Shown: positions 46,980 to 61,881, counted from the first letter of the stretch. The stretch: DNA of 64,000 nt from Pristiophorus japonicus (GCF_044704955.1 NC_091995.1:16120001-16184000), one strand, 5' to 3'. Program-made: numbers and translations. The notes: generated from the sequence alone by a model not told the origin.

Positions 46980-47194
46980 TATATATACACGCGCATATAT
47001 ATACACACACGCACACATATATACACATGTACATACCTATATACACATATACACATACATATATATATATATATATATCAGAATTAAAACAAAATTATGA
47101 TAAATGAAAAATGCAATTACCACTTACGACTCGCTTGCAATTTGGTCGGTCGCATAGCCGTCTCTCCATCCCTTTCCCTTAACTTTACGCGCTG

Positions 47195-47530
47195 AAAAGA
47201 AAGAAAAGAAAGGTTTTCATTTTAAAAGCGCCTTTCGTCTCCCCAAGACGTCCCATAGTTACAACAAATGAACTACTTTTTGAAGTATCGTCACTGTCGT
47301 AATGAAGTAAAATCGAATGTCAACTTGTGCACAGCATGTTTCCGGAAACAGCAAATGTGATCATGACTAGATAATCTGTTTTTGTGATGTTGATTGAGGG
47401 ATAAATATTGGTTAGGACACCGGAGATAACTCTCGGCTCTTCTTCGAAATAGCGGCGGTAGGGTCTTTTACACCCATCTGTGAGAGCAGACGGGGCCTCG
47501 GATTAACGTCTCATCCGAAATACCAGCAGG
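47195..47530 (-). mobile_element. Deu-SINE fragment
   Basis: Deu core and 3' tail. Confidence 0.75.
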
Positions 47531-48219
47531 TGTCTGAGACTCCCTCAGGTCGGAGATTGTAATGAAAATTCTAACCTTGTTAAAAGAACTGATGTCCGAC
47601 TTTTCCAGCCACCCTTTAAGAAATCCGACTTTTGCGCAAATCACCAGCGTTTTTTTCAACTCGTGTCCGCGGGACTGTGGGGATCATTCAACCCTCCTCC
47701 GCCATAACTCACGGCGCAGCTCAGTGGCACTGACTCTCCCTCCACTGCAGTTGTGAAGTTAGCAAACTGGAATACGGTGAGACTCAATCTCTGACCGTCT
47801 ATAAAGTAAAGGCAGTTTTAATTCAAACCCGTCCGTGTTGCATTCCGAGTCTATCAAACGAGAAACTATAAATTTAGATCATATCAAACATTAAAATAAA
47901 AAATGCGAAATTATTCGGTTTTCGACAGTGGCGCCTATATGGAAATATTTCCCATTTAATTGCGTTCACCGGCGAATTTAGTTTGTTGCAATGCTATAAA
48001 TGTTTGAATCTTGCATTATTTCACATTGTTACGCTTCTTATTTAGCTGCGGATGTCTCAGTATATCACACCGTCTTGAGTAGCCGCAGATCGGTTATCTC
48101 CGCAGTGACTCGGAGCCTGTGACGTTTGCGTGCAATTGGGGCAATTAATGATGCTAAGATCGGGCTCGCCATTCATATGTGCAAATCAAATGGCGACTTG
48201 TGGCGAATGTGCCCTGCAG

Positions 48220-49652
48220 CTATGTAATTCGAGGGTATATCTATCAGGAATAAACGAACAGGCTGGGTCTCTTTTCGCTTGAAAAGAGAAGGCTGAGGGG
48301 TGACCTAATAGAGATCTTTTAAATTATGAAAGGTTATGATAGAGAGAATGTTTCCACTTGTGGAGAAGAGCATAACTAGAGGCCATCAATATAAGATCGT
48401 CACCAAGAAATCAAATAGGGAATTCAGAAGAAACATCTTTACCCAGAGAGTGAGAATGTGGAACTCACTACCACAGGGAGTAGTTGAGAGAGTAGCAAAT
48501 ATGCATTTGAGGGGCAGTTAGACAGGCATATGATGGAGAACGGAATAGCGGGTTCTGCTGATAGAGTTAGATGAGGAAAGATGGGAGGAGGCTCAGTGGA
48601 GCATAATCGCTGGCATGGGGTGGTTGGGTCGAATGGCCTGTTTCTGTGCTGTATGTCCTATTTAATCCTGTGTAATCCTATGTTAGCTAGACGGTCTGAG
48701 GCTTATTGCTGCGATCAGAGTCCCGTCAGGAAGATGTCTGTTTACATTGCACAAGCCTGCAGTTCATTCAATAACGGGCACGGCTGCTTTCTGGTCAACC
48801 TCGACCCAACCTGCTGCTGCCTACATGAATTCAGTGAAAGCTCGGATATGTTTACTTGCGTCACGAATTGATTGTGAATTTTTAAGGAGAAACACTAATC
48901 TTGTCCCTTGTAATGTAACACTTCGCTGAGGGTACCCGGCGCCACAGTATTAAAACTTCGCAGACTGACGCATGAACAGTATTCTAACTGTTCTGCTGCT
49001 GTACAGAAAAGGGTTGAGTGTTTGGACTGAATGTTTAAGATTGCGAAATACATTCAAGAGCTGTTCAAAAATATGAATGACATGAATGAATGAATGAAAG
49101 AAATGAAATGAAAGACCGAAGGAATTAATGTACAGTCCCAGGTTTAGAATCTCCATATAAAGATCTTAGAGAGGGTGCAGAAAAGATTTACGAGAATGGC
49201 TCCAGGAATGAGGGACTTCAGTTCCGTGGATAGACTGGAGAAGCTGGGATTCTTCTCCTTAGAGCAGAGAAGGTTGAGAGAAGATTTGATCGACGTGTTC
49301 AAAATCATGAGGGCTCTGGACAGAATAGATGGAAAGAAGTTGTTCCCATTGGCGGAAGGGTCGAGAACCAGAGGACACAGATTTGAGGTGATTGATAAAA
49401 GAACCAAAGGTGACATGATGAAAAACTGTTTTACGCACTGATTGGTTAGGAACTGTAATGCACTGCCTGAAAGGGTGGTGGAGGCACACTCAAACCCAGC
49501 TTTCAAAAGGGGATTGGATAAATACCTGAACGAAAAAGGTGTAGGTCTATGGGGAAAAGGCGGGGTAATGGGACTAGCTGAGAGCTGGCACGGGCTCGAT
49601 GGGCCGAATGGCCTCATTTTGTGTTATAACCATTCTATGATTCCTTATGATT
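48220..49652 (+). mobile_element. Two CR1 3' fragments (~48220-48685 and ~49160-49652)
   Basis: ORFs 48336..48521 and 49175..49441; 3' tails. Confidence 0.8.
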
Positions 49653-49744
49653 CCAACGAAACATTGAATGAATTGTATCTATTTTCAAATGTTGTGCATT
49701 TAACGGGAATGTGGAGCAGGGCCTCCATTACTTCCAGCAGTAGG

Positions 49745-50330
49745 GTACGGTATGGTACGGTAGTGTAGTAGTTATGTTGTTATGTTGCTGGATTAGTAAT
49801 CCCAAGGTTTAGAGTAATAACGTTTAGACAATGTGGGTTCAAATCCCACAATGGCAAATTGAGACTTTTATATCCAGTTTTGTAAAAACGTCTGAAAACA
49901 TAAAGGTGGCATTATTAAAAGTGACCAGAATGTGTTGTCGTAAAACACCCAATTATTTATCCAATGTCCTTCAGGGAAGGACTCCTTACTTGGTTCAAAT
50001 CCCACCACGGCAAATTGAGACTTTGATATTTTCTTTCAAAAATTCTGAAAATAAAAATACAGTATCAGTAAAAGTGACCATGAAGCTGTTGTAAAAAAAA
50101 AACTTTTACGAATGTCCCTCAAGAAAGGAGTCCTTACCTGGCATGGTCCATAGGTGACTCCAGTTCCACTTCAACGTGATTGACGCTTAATTGTGCTCTG
50201 AAGTACCCTGACAAGCCATTCAGTTGTATCAAACGGCTACATTGTAAAAGGTCAAGGAGAAGGTCTACCTTCTCAAGGTAACCAGGGATTAGGCACTAAA
50301 AGCGATGCCCGTATCCCAAGAATGATTTGT
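49745..50330 (+). mobile_element. Second tRNA-head SINE family with internal duplication; related copy at ~51975-52335 (minus)
   Basis: B-box GGTTCAAATCCC twice; tail ...CTTCTCAAGG...GATGCCC.TATCCCA shared with 51975 and 63525 copies. Confidence 0.6.
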
Positions 50331-52951
50331 GTTTGTTGTTGCAGGTAGCTGAACTTGGTGTACAATGGTATTTTTGAAGCCGTCCGTTAAGCTCTCTCGA
50401 ATAGATATTAGTGAGTTCGATGAGCGGACACAACGACGAGTATTATAAATAGCCACGCTGGTTCGAAAATAACTAACATCACCCAGCAGTACACGGCCTG
50501 CACAGACTTGGTGTTCATGTGAGCGCAGTCACGTACGAGGTAAATTTACCTCATGCGTACAGGTCGGTTTACAAGGCTTGCAGACATAAATGAGTTAATG
50601 TGCGAAATACGTGCAAATTTCAACACCAGCAACACTTCAATTCACTGTGAACACTTTTAAAGATAATCTATCTTTACTGTACCTGCCCTACACTGTGACC
50701 ATTTGTGAACGCAATATTCGTGTCAATTTCATGTCATTTAATGTTATCTTTCCACCAATTTTTAGACAGAGACTTATTTTGTGAGGTCATTGCATTTGCT
50801 TCCGTGGATGGTAATGTGCTGGGAGATTTCCGTAAAGCAACCCGCTGCAAATGAAATGCAATTATATTTCAACGCAGAATCAGAGAGAAAAAATCATTCA
50901 AATTTACTGCACAGAAGGAGGCCATTCGGCCCATCGTGTCTGTGCTGGCAGAAACAAGAGCTATCCAGCCTAATCCCGCTTTCCAGCTCTAGGTCCGAAG
51001 CCCTCTAGGTTACGGCACTTCAAGTGCATATTCAAGTATTTTTAAATATGAGGAGGGTTTCTGCCTCTACCACGTTTTCAGGCAGTGAGCTCCAGGCCCC
51101 ACCACCCTCTGGGTGAAAAACGATCTCCTCAACTCCCTTCTAATCCGTCTACCATTACAGGTACCTGAATACATCACAACTGTTTTTCCCCTTGTTATAT
51201 TGACATAAAAGGGAGGCCGTTTGGTGGGGCGGGGGGAGGATGGAATTCGCAAAATATTTCAATACTTTCAATTCGAATTGAGGATTCTTCCACATCGCCA
51301 AATACGCCATAATAGCTTGTTGAAATGTAGGATGCATATAGACGGTGAGAAGAACCATCATATTACACCGCCCTACGAATACATCAGAACGCCAGGGCGT
51401 CACATTCGCCTGTGGCTAATAAGTTTCTGCCTCGCTGAAAAATAATACAGATTCCATCTTCTTAGTTGCATTAAATCAATCATTAAAACATGGAAATAGA
51501 AACTAGTATTTGAATCCTTTACATGTTCTTTGTTCTCTTCATTCCTTGGTCCCTTTCGGCTGCACCGCCAATCTCCAATGCTGCGCGTTCAATCCGAGGA
51601 CCAAAAGGTCTTCACATGCAATGGGTGAGACTTGGCCACCGGCGGCACTTGGTGCGAGGAGGGAGCGTCTAGTTATTGATCGCAGCCTCCACTAAATAAC
51701 AGGAATTGGATCAAAATGGAAGTTCGAAGCCGTTTGAACCCTGTGATATTTCACACTGGAGCACGCTGTGTACATTTTATAATCTCATTTTCGATGTAAT
51801 GCTGTGTAATTTTATTAAAAATATGAACAATTGATTGTTATCACGGCGTTCACTTTTGAATGAGCTCCAGTTCACGGAAGGTCTAAGCTGTGGAAGCCAG
51901 CCAGGAAATGCATCTTCTCACTTTCACCTCTTCCCAATGGTCCTCTTTATCCCCAGCCCTAACAAACCCCATCTTTTTATTCATGGGATGTGGGTGTCGC
52001 TGGCAAGGCCGGCATTCGTTCCCCATCCCTAATTGCCCTTGAGAAGGTGGTGGCGAGCTGCCTTCTTGAACTGCAGAGGGCAGTTATGTGTCAACCACGT
52101 TGCTGTTGTTCTGGTGTTACATATAGGCCAGACCAGGTAAGGACGGCAGATTTCCTTCCCTAAAGGGCATTAATGAAACAGATGAGTTTTTACGACAATC
52201 CGGTAATGTCATGGTCACCATTACAGATACTATTACAGATTTATTCAACTGAATTTAAATTCAGCTGCCGTGGTGGAATTTGTACTCACATCCTCCAGAT
52301 CATTAGTCCAGTTAATTACAAGTTCAGTAAATAACCACTACTGTACCCCCTACCCTGCGTGAGCCCCAGATCCGCTCACTTGTTCTCCCCCTCATCTCTA
52401 CCCTCAACTATGATTGACTTACCCTCTCTCTCCACTCTGAGTTTCTTTCCATTATCCCATTAGCTTCTTACACATTCGTGCATCCTCGGTCCATAACACA
52501 ACCTCTGCCGCTCAGGTTCAGCCCTATATCCCACTCAAACACCATCACCTTCCGTTCACCAACCTGGGATTATAGCCCCACTCCCTTACACCCTGCCTCC
52601 TCCCACCAGAAGTGTAATGTGAAAATCCTCCATTAGTCTCCAGTCCCTCCAAGAGTTCCTTCCTCATCGGCGTGTTGCTCAGCTCTGGGAGTGAACAATT
52701 TGTTTATTAAAGATTTAAAACGCTTCAGTTAGAACATGGTGTTATAAACACTTTGGAAAAAGAACACGAATTGATAGTTCCCGGTGCTGAGAGACGGACG
52801 AGAATCACCAGGGGATACGGGGAGGAAGCGCGCAAAGACGGGCATGCCACGGCCGAAGGACATAAGACAGGTCAGGGCAGAAGGAAGTTACTTTGATGCT
52901 GGGTTTTAGAAGCGGTCGAGTACCTGAGAGACATCAGAATGAGGAGCAGCG

Positions 52952-52965
52952 GCGCCACCTTGTGG
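52952..52965 (-). promoter_or_regulatory. Candidate CTCF site
   Basis: Minus strand CCACAAGGTGGCGC closely matches the CTCF core consensus, in non-repeat CpG-containing DNA. Confidence 0.5.
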
Positions 52966-53234
52966 AAGGTCCGCATATTACTGCAGCGTGACTGGCAAAT
53001 GCTGACTCATATTTTTGCAGTGTCTGTTGACAAAAACAGGTACTGAAAAAAAATATGAAACAAGAAATAACTGGATTGTTAACAGATAGTGTTCACTTAA
53101 CCCAAGGTATTATAGGTAGTTTTACCAATAGGATTTCATACGTAGATTCCTCAATTTTTCGCAGAATATCAAAATAATGATGCTAAGACAATAAAGAAAA
53201 GTAGTGCAACTAGAATCAGGAAGATTATCAAACT

Positions 53235-53880
53235 CGTAGGCAACAGGTTACAGAAAATAATCAAAAAGGCTAGAGGACTAGAACACAAGAGGTTATGCTG
53301 CAGCTATACAAAACCTTGGTTGGACCACATCTGGAATACTGTGAGCAGTTCTGGGCACCACACCTTTGGAAGGATATATTGGCCTTGAAGGGAGTGCAGC
53401 GTAGGTTTACCAGAATGATTCCCGGACTTCAAGGGTTAAGTTACCAGGAGAGATTACACAAATTGCGGTTGCATTGCTTGGAATTTAGAAGTTTAAGTGG
53501 TGATCCGATCGAAGTTTTCAAGCTATTAAGGGGGACAGATAGGGTAGATGGAGAGAAGCTACTTCCGCTGATTGAGGATTCTGGGACCAGGGGGCATAGT
53601 CTAAAAATTAGAACCAGACCTTTCAGGAGTGGTGTTAGGAAACACTTCTACACACAGGGTGGTAGAGGTTTGAAACTCTCTTCAGCAAACAGCAAAAGAT
53701 GTAAGGTCAATTGTTAATTTTAAATCTGAGCTTTTTGTTTATAGCTTTCTGTTAACCAAAAGTATTAAGGGATCTGGGGCAAAGGCGGATGGAGTTAGGT
53801 CGCAGATCAGCCATGATCTCATTGAATGGCGGTGCAGCATCCAGGGGCTGAATGGCCTCCTTGTGTTCCGATGTTGCTAT
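53235..53880 (+). mobile_element. CR1 3' fragment
   Basis: ORF 53295..53717. Confidence 0.85.
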
Positions 53881-55819
53881 GAGCGGTGGATGACAGATTC
53901 ATTTTAATATTCATAAGTGTAAAGCAATTATTATGAATCAAGATACCAAAAGAAGGAACATTTGTTAAATACTACAATGGGCACGACAATCAGGAAATAG
54001 ATCTAAGCATTATATAATGGATACATATATCAAATCAAAAGCAAAGCCTTTCACTGCAGTGATAAAAATGCCAAATACTCGGTTGTATTAGCAGAGAGGC
54101 GGGGTGTAATTCTAAAGACATGTATCATTGTACAAGGAACTGGCCATAGCTTATGCAGTGTTGTATGAAGTGCTGATTATTTAACTGTAAGATATTATTC
54201 CCTTGATATAGTACAGAGCCAAGCAATGAAAATGGTCACAGGCATCAACATCTTAATTATCAGTAAATTTTAATCAGTGGACCTTGCTTCTTTCCTTAAA
54301 TTGCTAGAAATTGCAATGGAAGATATGGTCATTTGGTCCCTCATGCCTGCGCCAGTAACAGTTCCACATTACAGCTATCTTCTCTAATCCCATTGATTTC
54401 TCCCGCTAATAATGTGTTTCTTCGCCTTAATTAATACCACACTTTGAAGGTTTAAGACCCACTGCAAGAATTAAACTCATAACCTAGGGTGATACGTTAG
54501 CAAAGTATTGCATAGTTAAAGGTTCTGGCCAACATTCCTCCCGAACCAACAGAAAAAAAGATCGGATGTATATTCGGATGCATATTAATGTGAATATACA
54601 ATGTGAAAAATCATAATAGCAATTCTTGTACTTCCAAAAATAATGAATTGATTGTGAATTACTTTGGAAAGTCCTAAGAAGACCTAATATGGCTCTCTGA
54701 ATACATGTTTGTTTTTTTCTTTGTCTCTTCAAGAATTTCAAGAACGTTCCCCTAAATAGTGCCATTGGCTTTGCTTCAAAATGTACGTGTGGCCGCTCAT
54801 TGCGCTTCCTTTGCTTGAAAAAACCCTTCTCCAATGTTTTTAAGATCCCCTTAATATTCTCTACCCCAGTGAATGGCTCATTTAATCTCTCATCGTGAAT
54901 CTATCCACATATAATCCCATGAATCGCAGATGCAACCTTTCCATAACTCCAGTATTCTTTCTCTAAAGTTGTACTTAACGCTGGACTCAGTACTCTATTA
55001 CTCCATGAAGGCGTATTCACTCGTATTACAGATTTTTATTCAGTATATAAAAAGCCCAGAATCACACCTTCGTTTAATGGCTTAATACAACTCTAGATTT
55101 TATAAAACAAACCGCGAATCTTTATTCCTAGATCGCTGTGGTCCTCTCCAACTCCACTTAGAATGCTAGTTTTATTATATTTCCTATGATTTTTTCTGAA
55201 AATGATCGACATCATATTTGCAAAAATTGGTATATGTTTCCTCCTCTCCTCTTGCAATCTCTTTCTCAATTTTCCACCTTGTGCAATTAGATGCAGTCAT
55301 CACTTTTTGCAGACTGAGTTCTACTTTCCTGCACTGTTCATTTGTGTGCATTGCAAACGAGAATAATGTCAATTACTGGTGAGTCCTAAACCCAACCTGG
55401 GAACTACACACCAGGGAGCATTGCTCCATTTCTCACATCAGTTATTTTAATGCTGCGTTTCAATATGATTGTCAATTTGGTGTTCATATATATTAAACTA
55501 TAGGTGCGCTATTCTGTAGGCACTGTCTAAGTTAATTACAATAGGCGCCTTATACATGGCAGATGATGGAGACTTTCCCCATCAGTCTCAGGAAACAACT
55601 TCAGAATCACAGTCAGGAGATTGCATCTTTTCTCACTGTTCTCGCAACAAGCTAGTGATTCGAGTGTTGATTTTATTGTTGATACGTTTCAAGGACACTA
55701 TAACATACAGTTTTACTGAAAATGTGCACATGAACGCGTTTCAGTTGCGGTTGCTTTTTTAACAGGAATACAGAAAATGCATGTACTCGTCAGCATAACT
55801 ATATAACAAAACAATATAA

Positions 55820-58800
55820 CTGTTTCCCTTTGCAGAGGGGCCAATAACCATGGGACATAGATTTAAAGTAGTTGGTTGAAGGTCTAGAGGGGAGATGAGG
55901 AAAAACATTCACCTAGAGGGTGGTGGGGGTCTGGAACTCACTGCCTGAAAGGGTGGTAGAGGCCGAAACCCTAATCACATTTTAAAAGTACTTGGATATG
56001 CAATTAAAGAGTCGTAACCTACAGGGCTACGGACCTAGTGCTGGAAAGTGGGATTAGGCTGGCTCGGGCTTTTTCGACCATCGCGGACATGATGAGCCGC
56101 TTTCCGTGTCGTAATTTTTCTAAGATTCTATGATTTCTAAAAGATTGGAAAATTTAAATTGTTCGACCAGGGTGTGTGGTCATCAATTGCTCCAGGCATT
56201 TGAATATATGTGAGCTGGAGGTGAGGTTTTCTGCATACATATAAAAAGAGGAACAAAAATTTGTCAATTTAGAACTGAATTATACGTGTCAGTCATCCGT
56301 CCGTCTATATCAATGTAGATCGATAATCAGAGCTAAGATAAGCGATCGGGTTCTGGAGATCAGTGGCGCCTGCAGAAAACGGCCAAGAACAGCTCATATA
56401 GATTTCTCTGTGACTATTACCATAATCAGTAACCGAGTTGTATTGAGACCGAGTACATCTCACCGGCCGACATGGTTCCATCTGCCTTTTGGTTTTAACC
56501 GGAGTGGTCGAAATTTGGCTCGGTTGTGCTCTGTTGCTGTTTGGATGTTCACGGCAGACACGTGGCGAAGGCTTGCCCCCACAGATAAGTGTTACCTTGC
56601 TCATACTGTTGCTGAATTCATAGAACCAGGATTAGCAGAATGGAAGGCAGCTAGTCTGCAGTCCAACTGGTCATTTCTTTCCTCAACTTTATCATCTTCA
56701 CGTCAATCGTCACTGAACAACATGCAGTTTGGGGAGGTTGCATCTACTGTACAAGAATAGAACCGCGGATAGCATGGAACTTTGGTACTATCGACCGGGG
56801 TGTCATTTCTTATGCTGTGTACTTATCAGAAGCCATCAAACTGCTTTTCTTTAGAAAATTCCCGAACGCTAAAACAAAAAGCGGCTTTAAAGACTAACAC
56901 CATTTAATTCCGTGCATCGCTGAAGTTTGCGCATCCTGTGTTGTCACTGTGGAGACCGCAAATAATTCCACTCACCCTTTATTTGGTTTGGTGCTAAATG
57001 CACCGCTCACCTTGCTTGCGCTGTTCGCCCAGGGGCTCATTGTTTCCAACCTCTCCACTTGTGCACCGACGATGCTGTTCACTCGCCAGCTTGCGTTAAT
57101 GCAGCTGATTAATTTTGCAACATGCGCGGGTGAGTTAATGGCGTTTATGCCCGTCGCGGATAACGTCCATCGGCTTAGAGAATAACGTCCATTTAAATTG
57201 GACCGTTTGCAGAAAACGGACATTTTTTGAAGAACAATTATAATATTTCCAGCTTCTAATTAGTATTTTCATTATTTGCTAGCAGGGCTGGGTGAGAAAA
57301 CAGTTAAAAATACTTAAGGAACCCTGGGCTTCATATATAGAGGTATAGAGTACAAAAGTGTGGAAATTATGATGAACCTGTACAAACCACTGGTTCAGCC
57401 CCAACTGGGCACCACACATGAAGAAAGATGGAAAGGCCTTAGTGAAGTTGCAGAAAAGAATCACGAGAATGATTCCAGGAATGAGGGAGTTCAGTTAAAT
57501 TGATAAGCTGGTGTTGTTCTCCTTGGAGCAGACACGGTTGAGAGGAGATTTGATAAGAGGTGTTCAAAATCATGAGCGGTCTGGACAGAGTAGATAGAGA
57601 GAAACGGTTTCCATTGACAGAAGTGTGGAGAACCAGAGGACACAGATTTAAGTTAATTGGCAAAAAACCAAAGGCTACGGGTAAGAAAAAACCTTTTTTA
57701 TGCAGCGAGTGATCTAGAATGCACTGCCTGAAAGGGTGGTGGAGGCAGACTCAAGCGTGGCTTTCAAAAGTGGCTTGGATAAGTATCTGAAGAAGGAAAA
57801 AAATGCAGGGCTACGGGGCAAGGGCAGGGGAGTGGGACTAATTGAGAGCCGGCACGGGCCTTCCTCTTGTGTTGTAACCATTCTACGATTCTATGGTTTG
57901 AGACAACCTCACAAACGCTAATGGGTACCGTCTGTTAACATGATTTTTTTTCTGCAACTTACGTACAGCTGTCGCACGAACATGAAATAACGGGGTCACT
58001 GTGCTATAAGAATACAAGTCTTTCTAATCATTGGGGGTGAGTTGGGGAGGAAACCAACTTAACTTTAAGGCTCTGCAAATTTTATCTCAAGGTTTAAATC
58101 AACCTGCACCTGCACTTAGTTTATGCTGCTGAGTCTGATGCATTATATATCTGTGCCTGGCTTTAAATGCACAAAGCACATGCAATCATAACATATTTGC
58201 ATAGGGGGGAAAAATTCAGGTCAAAAAGGGTCGATGACCAGAGTGCACACATTTAAGGTAATTGGCAAATGAACCAGTGGGGACGATGAGGAAACAAATG
58301 TTTATGCAGCGAGTTGTAATGACATGGAATGCACTGCCTGATAGGGAGGTGGAGGCAGATTCAAAAGGGAATTGGATGTAAACTTGAAAAGGAACTAATT
58401 TTCAGGGCTATGGCGGAAGAGCAGGTCGGGAGGGGGCTTGTCGGACTAATTCAACAGCTCTTTCAAAGGGCCGACGGGCAGGATGAGCCGAATGACCTCC
58501 TTCTGTGCTGTATCTTTCTATGATTCTATGTTTCACTGTGCTTAGCAATTAGTCCATCCTTCTCCATGCAGAGTTACAGTATGTTCTAGACCTGAGCGCA
58601 TATCGGGCAGAACTGCCGCAATCTTCTCCCGATCTCCCGCCATAGCTTTAGAATCATAGAATGGTTACAGCACAGAAGGAGGCCATTCGGCCCTTCGACC
58701 CGTGCCGGCTCTCTCCAACTAGTTCCACTCTCCCGCCCTTTCCCCGTAGCCCTGATTGTTTTATTTTCCCTTCAGGTATTATACAATTCCCGTTTGAAAA

Positions 58801-59320
58801 CCACGATTATGTTTTCCTCCACCACCCTGTCAGGCAGTGAATTCCAGATCCTAACCATTCACTGCATGCTAAGTTTTTCCTGATGTCGCCTTTGGATATT
58901 CTACCAATCACCTTAAATCTGTGTCCTCTGGTTTTCTATCTTTCTGCCACGCGAACAGTTTCTCTTGCTCTACTCTGTCTGGAACCCTCATGATTTTGAA
59001 CACTACTATCAAATCTCCTCTCAAACTTCTCTGCTCTAAGGAGAACAAGCCCCAGCTTCTCCAGTCTATCCACGTTATTGAAGTCCCTCAGCCTTGGAAC
59101 CATTCTTGTAATTCTTTCCTGCACCCTCTCTAAAGCCTTCACATCTTTCCTAAAGTGCAGTGCCCAGAATTGGACACAGTACTCCAGTTGTAGCCAAACC
59201 AGTGTTTTATAAAGGTTTATCATAACTTCCTTGCTTTTGACTCTCTGCCTCTATTTATGAAGCCCAGGATCCCATAAGCTTTTTTAACTGCTTTCACAAC
59301 CTGCCTTGCCACCTTTAACA
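55820..59320. mobile_element. Scattered CR1 3' fragments (~55820-56135 +, ~57285-57895 +, ~58220-58530 +, ~58648-59320 -)
   Basis: CR1 3' coding remnants and (ATTCTATG) tails. Confidence 0.75.
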
Positions 59321-60034
59321 ATGGTGGAAGATTGGCTGTGTTTAACCGAAGTTATGACGGGAGATGGAGATGAGCCCGCCACAAAAATTCCAGGCAAAAC
59401 TTTTCATTTGATTTAAGCTGTCTGTGGGGCGTTCCTCGCAGTAAATGACTGCTGCATCTGCTTTCCGAACAATAGTGGTTGCACTCCAGAAAGTAACTGG
59501 GAAACACTTTGATATGTTTCGACCATGTGGTAGGGCACTGTACAAATTCAATGGCTTTTTTTATAAATGCAAGTGTGATTATTATTACGTAATCGGAATT
59601 TTTTTTCATTCGCGGGATGTGGGCATCACTGGCTCTTGTGTGGTGCAAATGTAACTTATCACTATCAGCCCAAGCCTGGAAGCTGTCCAGATCTTGTTGC
59701 ATGCGGGTGCGGACTGCTTCCTTATCTGGGGAGTTGCGAATGGAACGGAACGCTGTGCAATCATCAGTGAACATCCCCACAATATACGCTCCACAAAATG
59801 TTCTCGCCAAAACAGGATCTTTCTACCAATCCGTTTCAATTGCATCCGAATAATGGCCACTTCTCAGTATCAGAAAAAATCATTCATCTTCCGCGCTGGT
59901 CATACTCAAATTTTAAAAAGTAAAGTATGACTTCCTGTATCTATCTCAGTGCTTGTCTCCTTTTTCTCATCCTCCCTTCTCCTTCCCCCTTTCCTTCCCT
60001 CTGTCTTTGTCTTTCTCTTCTGCTATCCCTTTCA

Positions 60035-61318
60035 CAATTCCATGCTCTGATGTGGGGCGATCCCAGCAGATTGTAAAACCGCAAATGTAATGCCCATATT
60101 TAAAAAAGGAGGCAGACAAAAAGCAGGAAACTATAGACCAATTAGCCTAACTTCTGTCCATTATTAAAGAAGCAGTAGCGGGACATTTGGAAAAGCATGA
60201 TTCAATCAAGCAGAGTCAGCATGGTTTTATGAAAGTGAAATTATGTTTGACAAATTTGCTGCAGTTCTTTGAGGATGTAACAAGCAGTGTGGATAAGAGG
60301 GAACCAGTGGATGTGGTCTATTTGGATTTCCAGAAGGCATTTGATAAGATGCCACATAAGAGGTTACTGCACAAGATGAAAACTCACGGGGTTGGGGGTA
60401 ATATATTAGCATGGATAGAAGATTGCCTAACGAACAGAAAACAGAGAATTGGGATAAATGAGTCATTTTCCGGTTGGCAAACAGTGACTAGTGGCAGATG
60501 GAGTATAATGTGGGAAAATATGAGGTTATCCATTTTGGCATAGGTAACAGAAAAGCAAATTATAATTTAAATGGAGAAAAATTGCAAAGTGTGGGTCCTT
60601 GTGCATGACACACAAGAAGTTAGTATGCAGGTGGAGCAAATAATCAGGAAGGTAAATGAAATGTTGGCCTTTATTGCAAGGGGGATAGAGTATAAAAGCA
60701 GAGAAGTCCTGCTACAACTGTACAGAGATTGGTGAGGCCACACCTGGACTACTACGTAAAGTTTCTGTCTCTGTATTTAAGGAGGGGTATACTTGCATTG
60801 GAGGCTGTTCAGAGAAGGTTCACTAGATTGATTCCAGAGATGAGGGGCTTGACTTATGAGGATACGTTGAGTAGGTTGGGCCTATGTACATTGGAGTTCA
60901 GAAGAATGAGAGGTGATCTTATTGAAACTTATAAGATATGAGGGGGCTCGACAAGGTGGATGCAGAGAGGATATTTCCACTCATAGAGGAACTAAAACTA
61001 GGGGATGTAGTCTTAGAATAAGGGGCCGCCCATTTAAAACTGAGACGAGGAGAAATTTCTTCTCTCAGATGACTGTACATCTATGGAGTTCCCTGCCCCA
61101 GAGAGCTGTGGAGGCTGAGTCATTGAATATATTTAAGGCGGAGATAGGCAGATTTTTGAGCGATAAATGAGTAAAGGGTTATGGGGAGCCGGCAGGGTGG
61201 AGGGCAGAGAATTGGAGCTGTGTCCATGATCAGATCAGCCATAATCTTATTGAATGGCGGAGCAGGCTCGAGGGACCAAATGGCCTACTCCTGCTCCTAT
61301 TTCTTATGGTCTTATGTT
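60035..61318 (+). mobile_element. CR1 RT to 3' end with internal deletions
   Basis: ORFs 60187..60543 and 60729..60941. Confidence 0.88.
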
Positions 61319-61881
61319 TATCCGCGTTCTCTTTCTGACGTCTCAGTATTAGCCCCGATTCCTTTTCTCAGTCCGTCACTCTACTTTTGTGCATTTCTCT
61401 TTCTCGACTCCTTTCCTTCCGACTCACAATACTCCGTCTTTGTCCCGCACTGGTAGAAAGCAACCGGCATTATAAAACGGTTGTTGAATGAAAGGAGACA
61501 ATGAAACTTTGGATGCCATGTCGTTCGGGTAATCGATCGCAGGTTGTCGATCTGCCGTCACAATTTTATCAGTTCGGCTCTTGACGTTTGCGGTTTGCTT
61601 GTATTCCCCGCTGCTGAGTGACTCTGGGCGGGATGCTTTCAGTCGTGGAGACAGCGAGACGGAGCAGCACAACCAACCTATCTTTTCCTTTCAGACCCTG
61701 GCTCACTTGCTATATATTTGCAACACTTTCTCTGTGTGTTTTTCACGTTTCCAGTATTCGCTGTTTTACTTCTTATCTCTGTATCTACATAATGTGGAAT
61801 GATAATTAACTTTACCTACAAATAATGCCGATCAGTGTTCGACAGGTGTGGCGTGCAGTCATTATCCGTTTTACTTTTCAG

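Noticed and set aside
51523-51630. MFFVLFIPWSLSAAP... as leader exon of the Ig gene
   Set aside because: The donor would be phase 0 while the V exon needs phase 1; a hydrophobic stretch near 56480-56580 also lacks an ATG and GT donor
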